This document shows positions 42,069 to 49,959 of a stretch of DNA of 64,000 bases, piece after piece (within the stretch, counting starts at the first letter, position 1; each line of letters opens with the position of its first letter). The notes beneath the pieces are model-generated. The model had not been told where the DNA came from and searched no databases. It saw nothing but the letters and a program-made list of their open reading frames with translations. Both the position numbers and the translations under genes were made by a program. Source of the stretch: an uncultured Peptococcaceae bacterium (lineage in GTDB: Bacteria; Bacillota; DSM-12270; Thermacetogeniales; Thermacetogeniaceae); NCBI GenBank assembly GCA_963807495.1, contig CAWEDD010000005.1, forward strand, positions 28,953-92,952. The letters run 5' to 3'.

Positions 42069-42577
42069 ATGCAGATCAGGGTGGCGGGAATCGAGAAGGA
42101 GAGCGTGGTCGATGGCCCCGGGCTGCGGTTAGTCATATTCGTGCAGGGATGCTCCCGGCACTGCCCTGGCTGCCACAACCCCGACACCTGGGACTGCGAC
42201 GGCGGCCAGGAGATGGACACGGGGGAGATTCTGCGTCAGATAGGGGACAGCAGGTTGATCCAAGGGGTCACCTTCTCCGGAGGGGAGCCTTCGAACAGGC
42301 TACAGCCTGTGCTCTGCTGGCTGAACATTCAAAAGCAATCGGCTTTGATATCGTAACCTATACAGGATATACTTTTGAGGAGTTGGCAGCCAGAGCGCAG
42401 GAGGAACAGGATGTCCGGAGACTGCTGGATGCGACTTTAATTCTGGTTGACGGGCCGTATCGCCAAGAGGAACGGGACTGGGACGCTCCTTTTAGAGGCT
42501 CGCGCAACCAGCGCCTGGTTCTGGTGCAGGAGTCACTGGCGGCAGGAAAGATAATCGAAGCGGCCGCCAGAGCTTGA
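42069..42577 (+). CDS. nrdG: Anaerobic ribonucleoside-triphosphate reductase activating protein (radical SAM), one apparent frameshift near 42290
   Basis: It has SVVDGPGLRLVIFVQGCSRHCPGCHNPDTW (the CxxxCxxC cluster) and GVTFSGGEP, then ORF 42149..42577 in another frame (...VTYTGYTFEEL...LVDGPY). Confidence 0.85.
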
Positions 42578-42603
42578 AGATGCTCTGGCAAAAAGAACGG
42601 TAA

Positions 42604-42675
42604 GAGGGCATCCGGCGCATCACCGGCTACTTGAGCAAATATTTAACAGAAGATGAAGATACTTCGGACAATTAG
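42604..42675 (+). pseudogene. Relic duplicate of the nrdD 3' end (glycyl-radical motif stub)
   Basis: The segment 42608-42637, GCATCCGGCGCATCACCGGCTACTTGAGCA, matches 41269-41298 in nrdD at 29 of 30 positions. In frame it reads EGIRRITGYLSKYLTEDEDTSDN-stop. It has no start codon and a stop lies immediately upstream. Confidence 0.6.
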
Positions 42676-42772
42676 ATGGCTAATTTAACTGGCAGACAGG
42701 TTTTTAAAACGAGAAAATTCGGTGACGAATAATAATATCTGCTGTCAGTGCAATTTGGAGACAGGTGATGGA

Positions 42773-43021
42773 ATGAACATTGATACATCCAAAGAGGCCG
42801 AAAAAAAACAGATTGATATTCTTAGACGAATGAATTCCTCAGAGAGACTTGAGCTTGCCCTCGAATTGACAGCAACATCTCGTGGCTTGTTGGAGCAAGG
42901 GGTGCGACGCCGGCATCCAGAATACACGGAAGACGAGATCAGACTAGCAGTAATCCGCATACTAATCCCTGAGCCTTTGTTTATCAAAGCTTATCCTCAT
43001 GCCGCTGGTATCAAGCCATGA
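42773..43021 (+). CDS. Small helical protein, putative partner (antitoxin-like) of the downstream nucleotidyltransferase
   Basis: MNIDTSKEAEKKQIDILRRMNSSERLELALELTATSRGLLEQGVRRRHPEYTEDEIRLAVIRIL... is 82 aa. Its stop overlaps the next start (ATGA at 43018-43021), indicating translational coupling. The functional assignment is inference only. Confidence 0.4.
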   Translation: MNIDTSKEAEKKQIDILRRMNSSERLELALELTATSRGLLEQGVRRRHPEYTEDEIRLAVIRILIPEPLFIKAYPHAAGIKP

Positions 43022-43572
43022 ATCCGGAGAGCGCTTTCGAAGCGATCTTGAAGAAACTTGAACAGGCTGGCATCGACTACATGATCACCGGTTCTTTTGC
43101 CGGTAATCTTTATGGAGTTCCTCGCACAACCTACGATGCGGATGTGGTCATAGAAGCGCATCCGGTCTCGTTTGCCTTCTTTCCCCAACTGATCGGGGAC
43201 GACTTTTATGTGTCTCCGGAAGCAATAGAAGAGGCGCTGAAATACGAGAGGATCTTCAATATAATTCATATGGAAACGGGCTTTAAGATCGATTTTATTG
43301 TCAGGAAAAACAGGGCTTATTCAAAAGGAGAATTTGCAAGGAGAAGGCTTGAAACATTTAGGGGCAACATGTACTGGTTTGCCAGCCCCGAAGACATAAT
43401 TCTATCCAAACTAGAGTGGTCAAAGGTTGGAGAGAGCGAACGACAGTTCAGGGACTCGCTCGGTGTGGCGCAGATTCAAGGAGATAGCCTCGATAAAGAG
43501 TACCTGGAATTCTGGTCCGAAAGGCTTGGCCTGCAACAGCAACTTGCAAGGCTCTTCGAAGAACTGGAATAA
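43018..43572 (+). CDS. Minimal Pol-beta-superfamily nucleotidyltransferase-fold protein
   Basis: ITGSFAGNLYGVPRTTYDADVVI fits the hG[GS]-x9-13-Dh[DE]h NTase signature. It is 184 aa with a helical C-terminal half, and its composition is AT-richer than the backbone. Confidence 0.55.
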   Translation: MNPESAFEAILKKLEQAGIDYMITGSFAGNLYGVPRTTYDADVVIEAHPVSFAFFPQLIGDDFYVSPEAIEEALKYERIFNIIHMETGFKIDFIVRKNRAYSKGEFARRRLETFRGNMYWFASPEDIILSKLEWSKVGESERQFRDSLGVAQIQGDSLDKEYLEFWSERLGLQQQLARLFEELE

Positions 43573-43601
43573 TTCCATTTAAAATTAAGCGGAGAACCTT
43601 A

Positions 43602-44654
43602 GTGATGGAGTTTATATTACAAACAGCGTCAGACGGCATACCGTACTTGGCTTTGCCCGGCTTCGGTGAACAGGGCAAACATGAGGTGCACCTGGTTTTC
43701 ACCACCCGCCGCGGAGGGGTCAGCACCGGGCCGTACGCTGAGCTGAACCTTGGTATGAGCGCAGGTGACGACCCTGAACAGGTGGCGGAGAACCGGAAGT
43801 TGCTTTGCAGCACCCTTGGCCTGGACATTACCCAACTCTCAATTGTTAAGCAGGTGCACAGCGACCGTGTGGTCGTTGTCGATGAAGATCGGAGTATTGC
43901 CAGCGCGGTCATCGAGGCGGATGCCCAGGTGACTGCCACCCCAGGCATTCCCCTGTTTGGCCTCTTCGCTGATTGCCTAGCGATCTATCTCTATGATCCG
44001 GAAAATAATGTCATTGGCTTGGCCCATGCCGGCTGGCGCGGAACCGTGGCCGGGATTGCGGGCAAGACCGTGGCAGCGATGATAGAACAGTTCGGAACGC
44101 GGCCCGAGCGTTGTCATGCAGCCCTGGGCCCTGCGGCAGGCCCCTGCTGTTATGAGGTGGGGGTCGAGGTGGCTGCAACTGCCCAGTCTGCCTTTCCACC
44201 GGATTGGCATATCCTGCGGTCAAAAAACGGGAAATGGCAGCGAAGCCGTGAAGTGCCGCAGAGCGAGGTTGCGCCCCAGAGCGAGGTTGCGCCCCAGAGC
44301 GAGGTTGCGCTGCAGAGCGAGGATATGAAGGATATGCAATCCAGCAAGAGCGTGCCGCAGGGCAAGGAAGCGCTGCCCAAGAACATGCCGCAGCACGAGC
44401 AGGTACTGCCAAGCAGGGATGGAGAGAGTCATCAGGATGCGGGTACAGGCCAACCAGAGCCCGGAAGCCTGGAAAAGTGGACCTTTGACCTCTGGGAGGG
44501 GAACTCCAGGTGGCTGCAAAAGGCAGGACTGCGCCGGGAGAATATCTGCATCAGCCGTCTCTGCACCATCTGCCGTCAGGACCTGTTCTTCTCGCACCGC
44601 GGCAGCGGCGGTGTTACAGGCAGGATGGCGGCGCTGATTTACATGGACGCTTGA
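43602..44654 (+). CDS. pgeF: Purine nucleoside phosphorylase/laccase-domain protein PgeF (YlmD, DUF152) with a ~70-aa low-complexity insertion
   Basis: It has FTTRRGGVS.GPYAELNLG, VKQVHSDRVVVV, ADCLAIYLYDP, LAHAGWRGT and CCYEVG, with C-terminal CTICRQDLFFSHRG. The insertion (about 44230-44470) includes the QSEVAP repeats. Confidence 0.85.
   Translation: MMEFILQTASDGIPYLALPGFGEQGKHEVHLVFTTRRGGVSTGPYAELNLGMSAGDDPEQVAENRKLLCSTLGLDITQLSIVKQVHSDRVVVVDEDRSIASAVIEADAQVTATPGIPLFGLFADCLAIYLYDPENNVIGLAHAGWRGTVAGIAGKTVAAMIEQFGTRPERCHAALGPAAGPCCYEVGVEVAATAQSAFPPDWHILRSKNGKWQRSREVPQSEVAPQSEVAPQSEVALQSEDMKDMQSSKSVPQGKEALPKNMPQHEQVLPSRDGESHQDAGTGQPEPGSLEKWTFDLWEGNSRWLQKAGLRRENICISRLCTICRQDLFFSHRGSGGVTGRMAALIYMDA
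44255..44323 (+). repeat. 18-bp in-frame tandem repeat (about 3.6 copies) inside pgeF
   Basis: The CAGAGCGAGGTTGCGCCC unit starts at 44259, 44277, 44295 and 44313 (partial). It encodes (QSEVAP)n. Confidence 0.85.
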
Positions 44655-44699
44655 GCAAATTGAAATTGAGAGCAAATTGAAATTGAGAGCAAATTGAAC
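44651..44699 (+). repeat. 17-bp tandem repeat (about 3 copies) at the pgeF stop
   Basis: It reads TTGAGCAAATTGAAA, TTGAGAGCAAATTGAAA, TTGAGAGCAAATTGAAC. Confidence 0.8.
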
Positions 44700-44879
44700 C
44701 CTGTGTAACGATCCTGCGGTGATATAGAGAAGCGGGAGATTCCGGACCGGGTTCGATTTTCAAAATTGCAGGATGCTGCGGGCGGGCGGTGGTCAAGGCA
44801 GGATATGGCGTACGGTAGGCCTGGCAGTCAAAACGGCCGGACAAACAGTCAAATCAGGAGTTCAGGCAGGCATAAAAGA

Positions 44880-45824
44880 ATGGGGAGGGCAGTGCTGACC
44901 GGCAAGGCCCGCAGCTGGGCCTGGCGCCTGCTGCTGGCTGCCCTTGCGCTGTTGATGTTTTCCTGGCTGGGGGAACAGGCCTTCACCTTCTGTTTGACGC
45001 AGGTAATCAAGACGCAGCCGGCGGAGCAGGGAGTTTTGTCTTCCAATTACACCGGCAGTGCCATTATTTTGAGGAAAGAAACCGTGGTCACTGCCAGCGA
45101 GGCCGGCAGTGTGAAACGTCTGGTTCCGGAAGCGACCAGGGTCGCCACCGGTACGGCTATTGTTCAGATCGAAGGCGCTGTGAACCCCGGTACGGATCAG
45201 GGGCAGGTCGTTCTGCTGAGCCCGGCCGCCGGCATCGTCAGCTTTTACCTCGACGGCTGGGAGGGAATTCTCACGCCCAAGAACGTCGACAAAATGGATC
45301 TGGCAGGACTTTTCAAGACTGTCGACAAAAACCCTCCAGACAATACGCCGCCGGTGATCAATGACGGTGAGCCCGTTTTCAAGATCATAGACAACCTGGT
45401 CGATCCTGATCTGGTAACCCGGCTTGATGCATTGCCTAGCGACCTGCCGGTTGGCAGCGAGGTGGACCTGCAATGGACGGGCGGCGGCAGTGGCGAGGGA
45501 CGCCTCCTGTCCCTGGACACGACGTCTGGGGCGGCGATTGCGGTGGTTGAACTGAAGGAGTCCAACCAGGATCTATCTAACGTCCGCACTATGGACATAA
45601 CTATGGTTAAGAAGCAGTACGAAGGCATCCTTATACCCGCCAGTGCCCTGGTGAGTATGGGCAATGACCAGGGGGTTTATATCAGGTCTCCCCTGGGATT
45701 CCATTTTTTCAAGGTTCAGGTGCTCGGCACTTTGGGAAACGAGGCAGCCTTGCAAGGCATTCCGCCGGGCGCGGAGGTCGTCGTGAACCCCGGGCTGGCT
45801 GAGAGAATCGTTCCAGCTAATTAA
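44880..45824 (+). CDS. Membrane-anchored hypothetical protein (possibly a HlyD-like barrel-sandwich fold)
   Basis: ATG 44880 gives MGRAVLTGKARSWAWRLLLAALALLMFSWL (a TM anchor), followed by a mostly beta extracytoplasmic domain. It lies between pgeF and yggS. The family assignment is weak. Confidence 0.35.
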   Translation: MGRAVLTGKARSWAWRLLLAALALLMFSWLGEQAFTFCLTQVIKTQPAEQGVLSSNYTGSAIILRKETVVTASEAGSVKRLVPEATRVATGTAIVQIEGAVNPGTDQGQVVLLSPAAGIVSFYLDGWEGILTPKNVDKMDLAGLFKTVDKNPPDNTPPVINDGEPVFKIIDNLVDPDLVTRLDALPSDLPVGSEVDLQWTGGGSGEGRLLSLDTTSGAAIAVVELKESNQDLSNVRTMDITMVKKQYEGILIPASALVSMGNDQGVYIRSPLGFHFFKVQVLGTLGNEAALQGIPPGAEVVVNPGLAERIVPAN

Positions 45825-45956
45825 GGAGGGCGGTTCCAGTTTCATAGCCTGTAATTCATAGCCAGTAAATCGAGGCTGCCGATCCGTCTGCGGGCAGTTC
45901 ACTGTCAATGAAGGAAAATAGATGCTATTGTCGAACATGGGAGAAGGGAGTATGGC

Positions 45957-46640
45957 ATGCAGGACTCTCTGGAAGGAAGGCTGCAGAACATAACCGGTCG
46001 CATCTCCGAGGCAGCCGCCAGAGCCGGGCGCTCACCTGCGGACGTGCAGTTGGTGGCTGTCACCAAAATGGTGCCGGCGGAGCGGATTACAGAAGCGATA
46101 TCCTGCGGTCTCCAAGTTTTTGGCGAGAACCGGGTGCAGGATTTTCTGGCCAAGTGCGATCTGGTGCCGGAACAGGCCGAGTGGCACCTGATCGGGCACC
46201 TGCAGCAGAACAAAGCAAAGTATCTGGTTGGTAAGATCGCCATGGTACACTCCCTCGACAGCCTGAGACTGGCAGAACAGCTCGACCGGCTGAGCCCGGG
46301 GCAGGCGCAGCCCTGGCAAGTCCTGGTCCAGGTAAACATATCGGGGGAGGCGACCAAGTATGGTCTGCCGCGGGAAGCGCTGCCGGATTTCCTGGACGCA
46401 ATCCGTTCCCTGCAGGGGCTGGAGATCTGCGGTTTGATGACTATTGCCCCTAATGAGGATGACCCGGAAAAGGTGCGCCCCGTTTTCCGGGAGTTGCGCT
46501 TGATGCAGGAAGAGATAGGTCGGGCCAAACCCTGGCTGAACCTGAGGCACCTGTCTATGGGCATGAGCAACGACTACGAGGTGGCGATAGAGGAGGGAGC
46601 GACCCTGGTCCGGATCGGAAGCGCTCTCTTTGGGTACTGA
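45957..46640 (+). CDS. yggS: PLP-binding protein YggS/YlmE family
   Basis: It has VQLVAVTKMVPAERI (the PLP lysine), FGENRVQD, WHLIGHLQQNK, GLMTIAP and LSMGMSNDYEVAIEEGATLVRIGSALFG. Confidence 0.88.
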   Translation: MQDSLEGRLQNITGRISEAAARAGRSPADVQLVAVTKMVPAERITEAISCGLQVFGENRVQDFLAKCDLVPEQAEWHLIGHLQQNKAKYLVGKIAMVHSLDSLRLAEQLDRLSPGQAQPWQVLVQVNISGEATKYGLPREALPDFLDAIRSLQGLEICGLMTIAPNEDDPEKVRPVFRELRLMQEEIGRAKPWLNLRHLSMGMSNDYEVAIEEGATLVRIGSALFGY

Positions 46641-46655
46641 AGCAGAAAGAAAGGA

Positions 46656-47123
46656 GTGTTCCGCATGCCAGGTTGGCTTGATAAGGTGCTACACTTTATA
46701 GGATTTGGTGACAATTACACCGATGAGGACGAGGATGATCCGCAACAGGTGGTGGAGAGCGGCCAACGTAAGCGGGCTCCGGTCCTCAGCCTGCACTCCT
46801 CGCCTGATTTGAAGATCGTAGTGATGTCGCCCGAAAGCTTTGAGGAATCAGAAAAGCTGGCGGGCCATCTCAAAAACCGCCGACCGGTCATCGTTAACTT
46901 CGATAATACATCCAAGGAGATAGCGCAGCGCATCATCGATTTCCTGAGCGGGGCAGTCTTTGCCTTAAACGGCGGCACATGGAAAGTCACTGCAGAGACC
47001 TTTCTGTTCATGCCCAGCAATATCTCCATTTACTCCGAGGCGCTGATCGATGATCAGCGCGAGCACATGACAGCAAAATGGGACCAGGGAGGGATCAGAG
47101 ATCGCTTCCAGGAAAAGGATTAG
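46656..47123 (+). CDS. sepF: Cell division protein SepF
   Basis: The assignment rests on position after yggS and on IVVMSPESFEESEKLAGHLKNRRPVIVNFDNTSKEIAQRIIDFLSGAVFALNG...FLFMP. Confidence 0.85.
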   Translation: MFRMPGWLDKVLHFIGFGDNYTDEDEDDPQQVVESGQRKRAPVLSLHSSPDLKIVVMSPESFEESEKLAGHLKNRRPVIVNFDNTSKEIAQRIIDFLSGAVFALNGGTWKVTAETFLFMPSNISIYSEALIDDQREHMTAKWDQGGIRDRFQEKD

Positions 47124-47142
47124 CCTGATTGGAGCCGGATCC

Positions 47143-47913
47143 ATGGGCGGCGCAATAGCCACGGGCTTCGTACGCGGCGGTTTGGTAGCGCCCTCTGACC
47201 TGGTGATCAGCGATAACAACCGCGACGCTCAATCTGACCTCGCCGGTCAGTTGGGAGCAGTCGTTGCTGAGAACAACCTTCAAGCTGCCGGCGCAGCAGA
47301 GATTGTGATCTGCGCGGTGAAGCCCAACCAGGTCAAGGATGTCCTGATGGAGATATCACCTGTGATGACCCCCGGGCGTTTATTGATCTCGGTGGCGGCA
47401 GGGGTGTCCACCTCTTTCCTCGAGGCGATCCTCCCGCCAGGAGTTCCTGTGATCAGGGCGATGCCCAATATTCCGGCTCTGGTTGGCGAGGGGATGACCG
47501 CCCTGGTTCTCGGCCGGCATGTCAGTCCTGAAGACCGGGGCGATGCCGAACTGCTCTTCAGCGCTGTAGGCAGGGTGGTCACACTGGCGGAAGCCAACAT
47601 CAACGCGGTAACCGGTTTAAGCGGCAGTGGGCCTGCTTTTATGGCGATTTTCCTGGAAGCACTGGCTGATGGCGGCGTGCTGATGGGATTGCCGCGGCCG
47701 CTGGCTTTAGAGCTGGCAGCACAGACCATGCTGGGCACGGCCAGGCTGGCCCAGGCCACAGGACAACATCCGGCAGCCCTGAAAGATCGCGTAGCATCCC
47801 CGGGCGGAACTACCATAGCCGGATTGCAGGTCCTCGAGGATGGCGGTGTCAGGGGCCTTCTGATCAGCGCCGTCGAAGCAGCTGCCAGGAGAGCCGCAGA
47901 ATTGGAAATTTGA
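47143..47913 (+). CDS. proC: Pyrroline-5-carboxylate reductase (the conserved N-terminus extends upstream of the first ATG)
   Basis: It has VKPNQV, RAMPNIPALVGEGMTAL, LSGSGPAFMAIFLEALADGGV and ASPGGTTIAGL. The Rossmann motif KRISLIGAGSMGG is encoded in frame from about 47113, but I found no start codon upstream of 47143 in that frame. Confidence 0.88.
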   Translation: MGGAIATGFVRGGLVAPSDLVISDNNRDAQSDLAGQLGAVVAENNLQAAGAAEIVICAVKPNQVKDVLMEISPVMTPGRLLISVAAGVSTSFLEAILPPGVPVIRAMPNIPALVGEGMTALVLGRHVSPEDRGDAELLFSAVGRVVTLAEANINAVTGLSGSGPAFMAIFLEALADGGVLMGLPRPLALELAAQTMLGTARLAQATGQHPAALKDRVASPGGTTIAGLQVLEDGGVRGLLISAVEAAARRAAELEI

Positions 47914-47956
47914 CAACCGGACCTGTCAAATCTCCGGCGGCTGCACAAAAAGGAAG

Positions 47957-48250
47957 TTGGACGCGATGCTCCTTGTCGATTATTTAAACCTCATCATATC
48001 GCTTGGCTTTCAAATTTACACCTGGCTGATCGTTGCCAGGGTTGTCATTTCTTTTTTTCGTCCCCGCAGATATCATCCGGCAATCAGATTCATTTATGAA
48101 GTCACAGAACCCCTGCTGGGATTTGTGCGACGCTTGCTGCCTCCGGCCGGCCTGTTCGATTTTTCCCCGTTGGTTGCTGTTATTTTCCTGGAGATCGCCA
48201 GGCCAATCGTGATCATACTGGTAATAAAGCTCTTTACCCTGGGCGGGTGA
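47957..48250 (+). CDS. YggT/YlmG family membrane protein
   Basis: At 97 aa it has two TM segments and IYTWLIVARVVISF...EPLLGFVRRLLPP.G.FDFSPLVA, the typical YggT pattern. Confidence 0.8.
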   Translation: MDAMLLVDYLNLIISLGFQIYTWLIVARVVISFFRPRRYHPAIRFIYEVTEPLLGFVRRLLPPAGLFDFSPLVAVIFLEIARPIVIILVIKLFTLGG

Positions 48251-48254
48251 CGAG

Positions 48255-48557
48255 ATGTCCTGGATCAGCAATGGCGCCGGAGGAGCGAGAATTCAAGTAA
48301 GAGTGCAGCCCCGGGCTGCGAGAGACGAACTGGTCGGGGTCACCGGCGATCACCTCGCTGTCAGGCTAACCGCTCCTCCGGTGAGGGGAGAGGCTAACAA
48401 GAGGTTGCAACGGCTGTTGGGCCGTTTTTTCGGGTGCGGCGTCAACAACGTGACTGTTGTCAAGGGTCAGACAGGCCGCCTCAAGCTGGTGGAGTTGACC
48501 GGCGTGGATGAGAGGGAAGCAGTGAGGTTGCTGTCTGAAAAAGGATTATTGCCGTGA
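48255..48557 (+). CDS. DUF167 (YggU) family protein
   Basis: IQVRVQPRAARDELVGVTGDHLAVRLTAPPVRGEANKRLQRLLGRFFG...VTVVKGQTGRLKLVEL matches the YggU pattern. Confidence 0.75.
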   Translation: MSWISNGAGGARIQVRVQPRAARDELVGVTGDHLAVRLTAPPVRGEANKRLQRLLGRFFGCGVNNVTVVKGQTGRLKLVELTGVDEREAVRLLSEKGLLP

Positions 48558-48588
48558 TTCGTGCTGCGCTCAGAAAGCTTGAGGGGAT

Positions 48589-49716
48589 GTGGCAGAAGGC
48601 GTGAAAAGCTTCAAGTCGATCTCCGGGATAATGTTAGTGCTTGCCTTGATGTTGACGGCTGCCGCCGGATGCAGCGAAAAGATGGCTGCACCCGTCCCTC
48701 AGCCTGTAAAAATGTTAAAGGTTGCTTTTATCTATCCTGGAACGATCAACGACAAGGGATGGAACCAATCACATGATCGCGGCCGTCAGTATTTACAGCA
48801 GCAACTGCCCGATGTGGAGACAAGCTACATGGAAGCGGTTGACGGGGCCGATGCCGAGGGGATGCTGGCCGAGCTGGCAGATAAAGGCAACAGGGTGATT
48901 TTTGCTGCATCGAGCAGCTACACAGAGGCAGTGCTCAAGGTCGCCCCGCAGTACCCGAACGTCGTGTTCATGGTCTGTTCAGGGAATAAGACAGCAGCAA
49001 ATGTCGGCGACTACACGGCGCGCACCTATCAGCCCCGTTACCTGTCAGGGCTGGTGGCTGGCAAGATGACCAAGTCAGGCATTATTGGCTATGTAGCCCT
49101 GGCACCCACTCCCGGCATCATCAGGGATATCGATGCCTTCACCCTGGGCGCGAAAGCTGAGAATTCCAAGGTTAAGGTAGATGTTGCCTGGACTCAAAAC
49201 TGCCTCGACGTGCAGCGCGAATCAGGCGCTGTTAACAATCTGCTGAAGGATAATGCGGATGTTATAGTACAGGAGCGGGATGACCCGTTCATGCAGCAGC
49301 CGGCGGCAGAAGAGGGGGTTCTTTTTATCGGATCCGACGGCGATCTGGCGCAGCCCTTGCCTGGAGCGGATTTGATCAGCACCGGTATCAACTGGGGGCC
49401 GATGTACGTTGCCCTCGTAAAGGCTGTACAGAACGGGACCTGGAAACCGGGTCAGACCTGGGGAGACATCTCCGATCACACAGTTGGCATATCTTCCTTA
49501 AACCCGGTTGTTCCATGGGATGTAAGAGAGCTGGTAGAGAGCGAACGGGTGCGTCTGCTTGCCGGACAGGCCAGCATTTTCACGGGGCCGCTGCGGGATC
49601 AGCAGGGAAAGTTGCGAGTGAAGGCTGGCCAGACCATGACCGACACCCAATTGTCTGGCATGGACTGGTTCGTGTCCGGCGTCGAGCTGCCGGACTTCAA
49701 GCAGGCCGCCTCTTAG
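48589..49716 (+). CDS. BMP-family (PnrA-like) ABC transporter substrate-binding lipoprotein
   Basis: It has a lipobox (LALMLTAAAGC), then KVAFIYPGTINDKGWNQSHDRG, YPNVVF and IGYVA.....IIRDIDAFTLGA. Confidence 0.8.
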   Translation: MAEGVKSFKSISGIMLVLALMLTAAAGCSEKMAAPVPQPVKMLKVAFIYPGTINDKGWNQSHDRGRQYLQQQLPDVETSYMEAVDGADAEGMLAELADKGNRVIFAASSSYTEAVLKVAPQYPNVVFMVCSGNKTAANVGDYTARTYQPRYLSGLVAGKMTKSGIIGYVALAPTPGIIRDIDAFTLGAKAENSKVKVDVAWTQNCLDVQRESGAVNNLLKDNADVIVQERDDPFMQQPAAEEGVLFIGSDGDLAQPLPGADLISTGINWGPMYVALVKAVQNGTWKPGQTWGDISDHTVGISSLNPVVPWDVRELVESERVRLLAGQASIFTGPLRDQQGKLRVKAGQTMTDTQLSGMDWFVSGVELPDFKQAAS

Positions 49717-49863
49717 CCCGGTTTGGGCAACCTGTCTGGCAGGATTGAATTTGCAGGATAAAAAAAGAAGGCAGAGGTCCGGATGCCGGATGGGATTAGC
49801 CCAGGTGGTGTCTTCCGGATCGGGCGTCTTTCCGTCTTGACACGGACCGCTGCGCCAGTCTGC

Positions 49864-49893
49864 TTGACACACCTCATTAGGACTACTTATAAT
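49864..49893 (+). promoter_or_regulatory. Sigma-A promoter for the ileS leader
   Basis: TTGACA (49864-49869), an 18-nt spacer, then TATAAT (49888-49893). Confidence 0.6.
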
Positions 49894-49959
49894 TGGTTAA
49901 GATGTGATTCTGGTCTGCCTGAGCCAGATTTGGAAATGACGATGACTGATAAATGAATA

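Noticed and set aside
42722-42772. N-terminal extension of the small ORF (MTNNNICCQCNLETGDG) suggesting a Cys-rich or zinc motif
   Set aside because: The extension depends on a GTG with no RBS. An internal ATG at 42773 gives the compact helical protein typical of such modules. The Cys cluster is probably a chance translation of the AT-rich leader.
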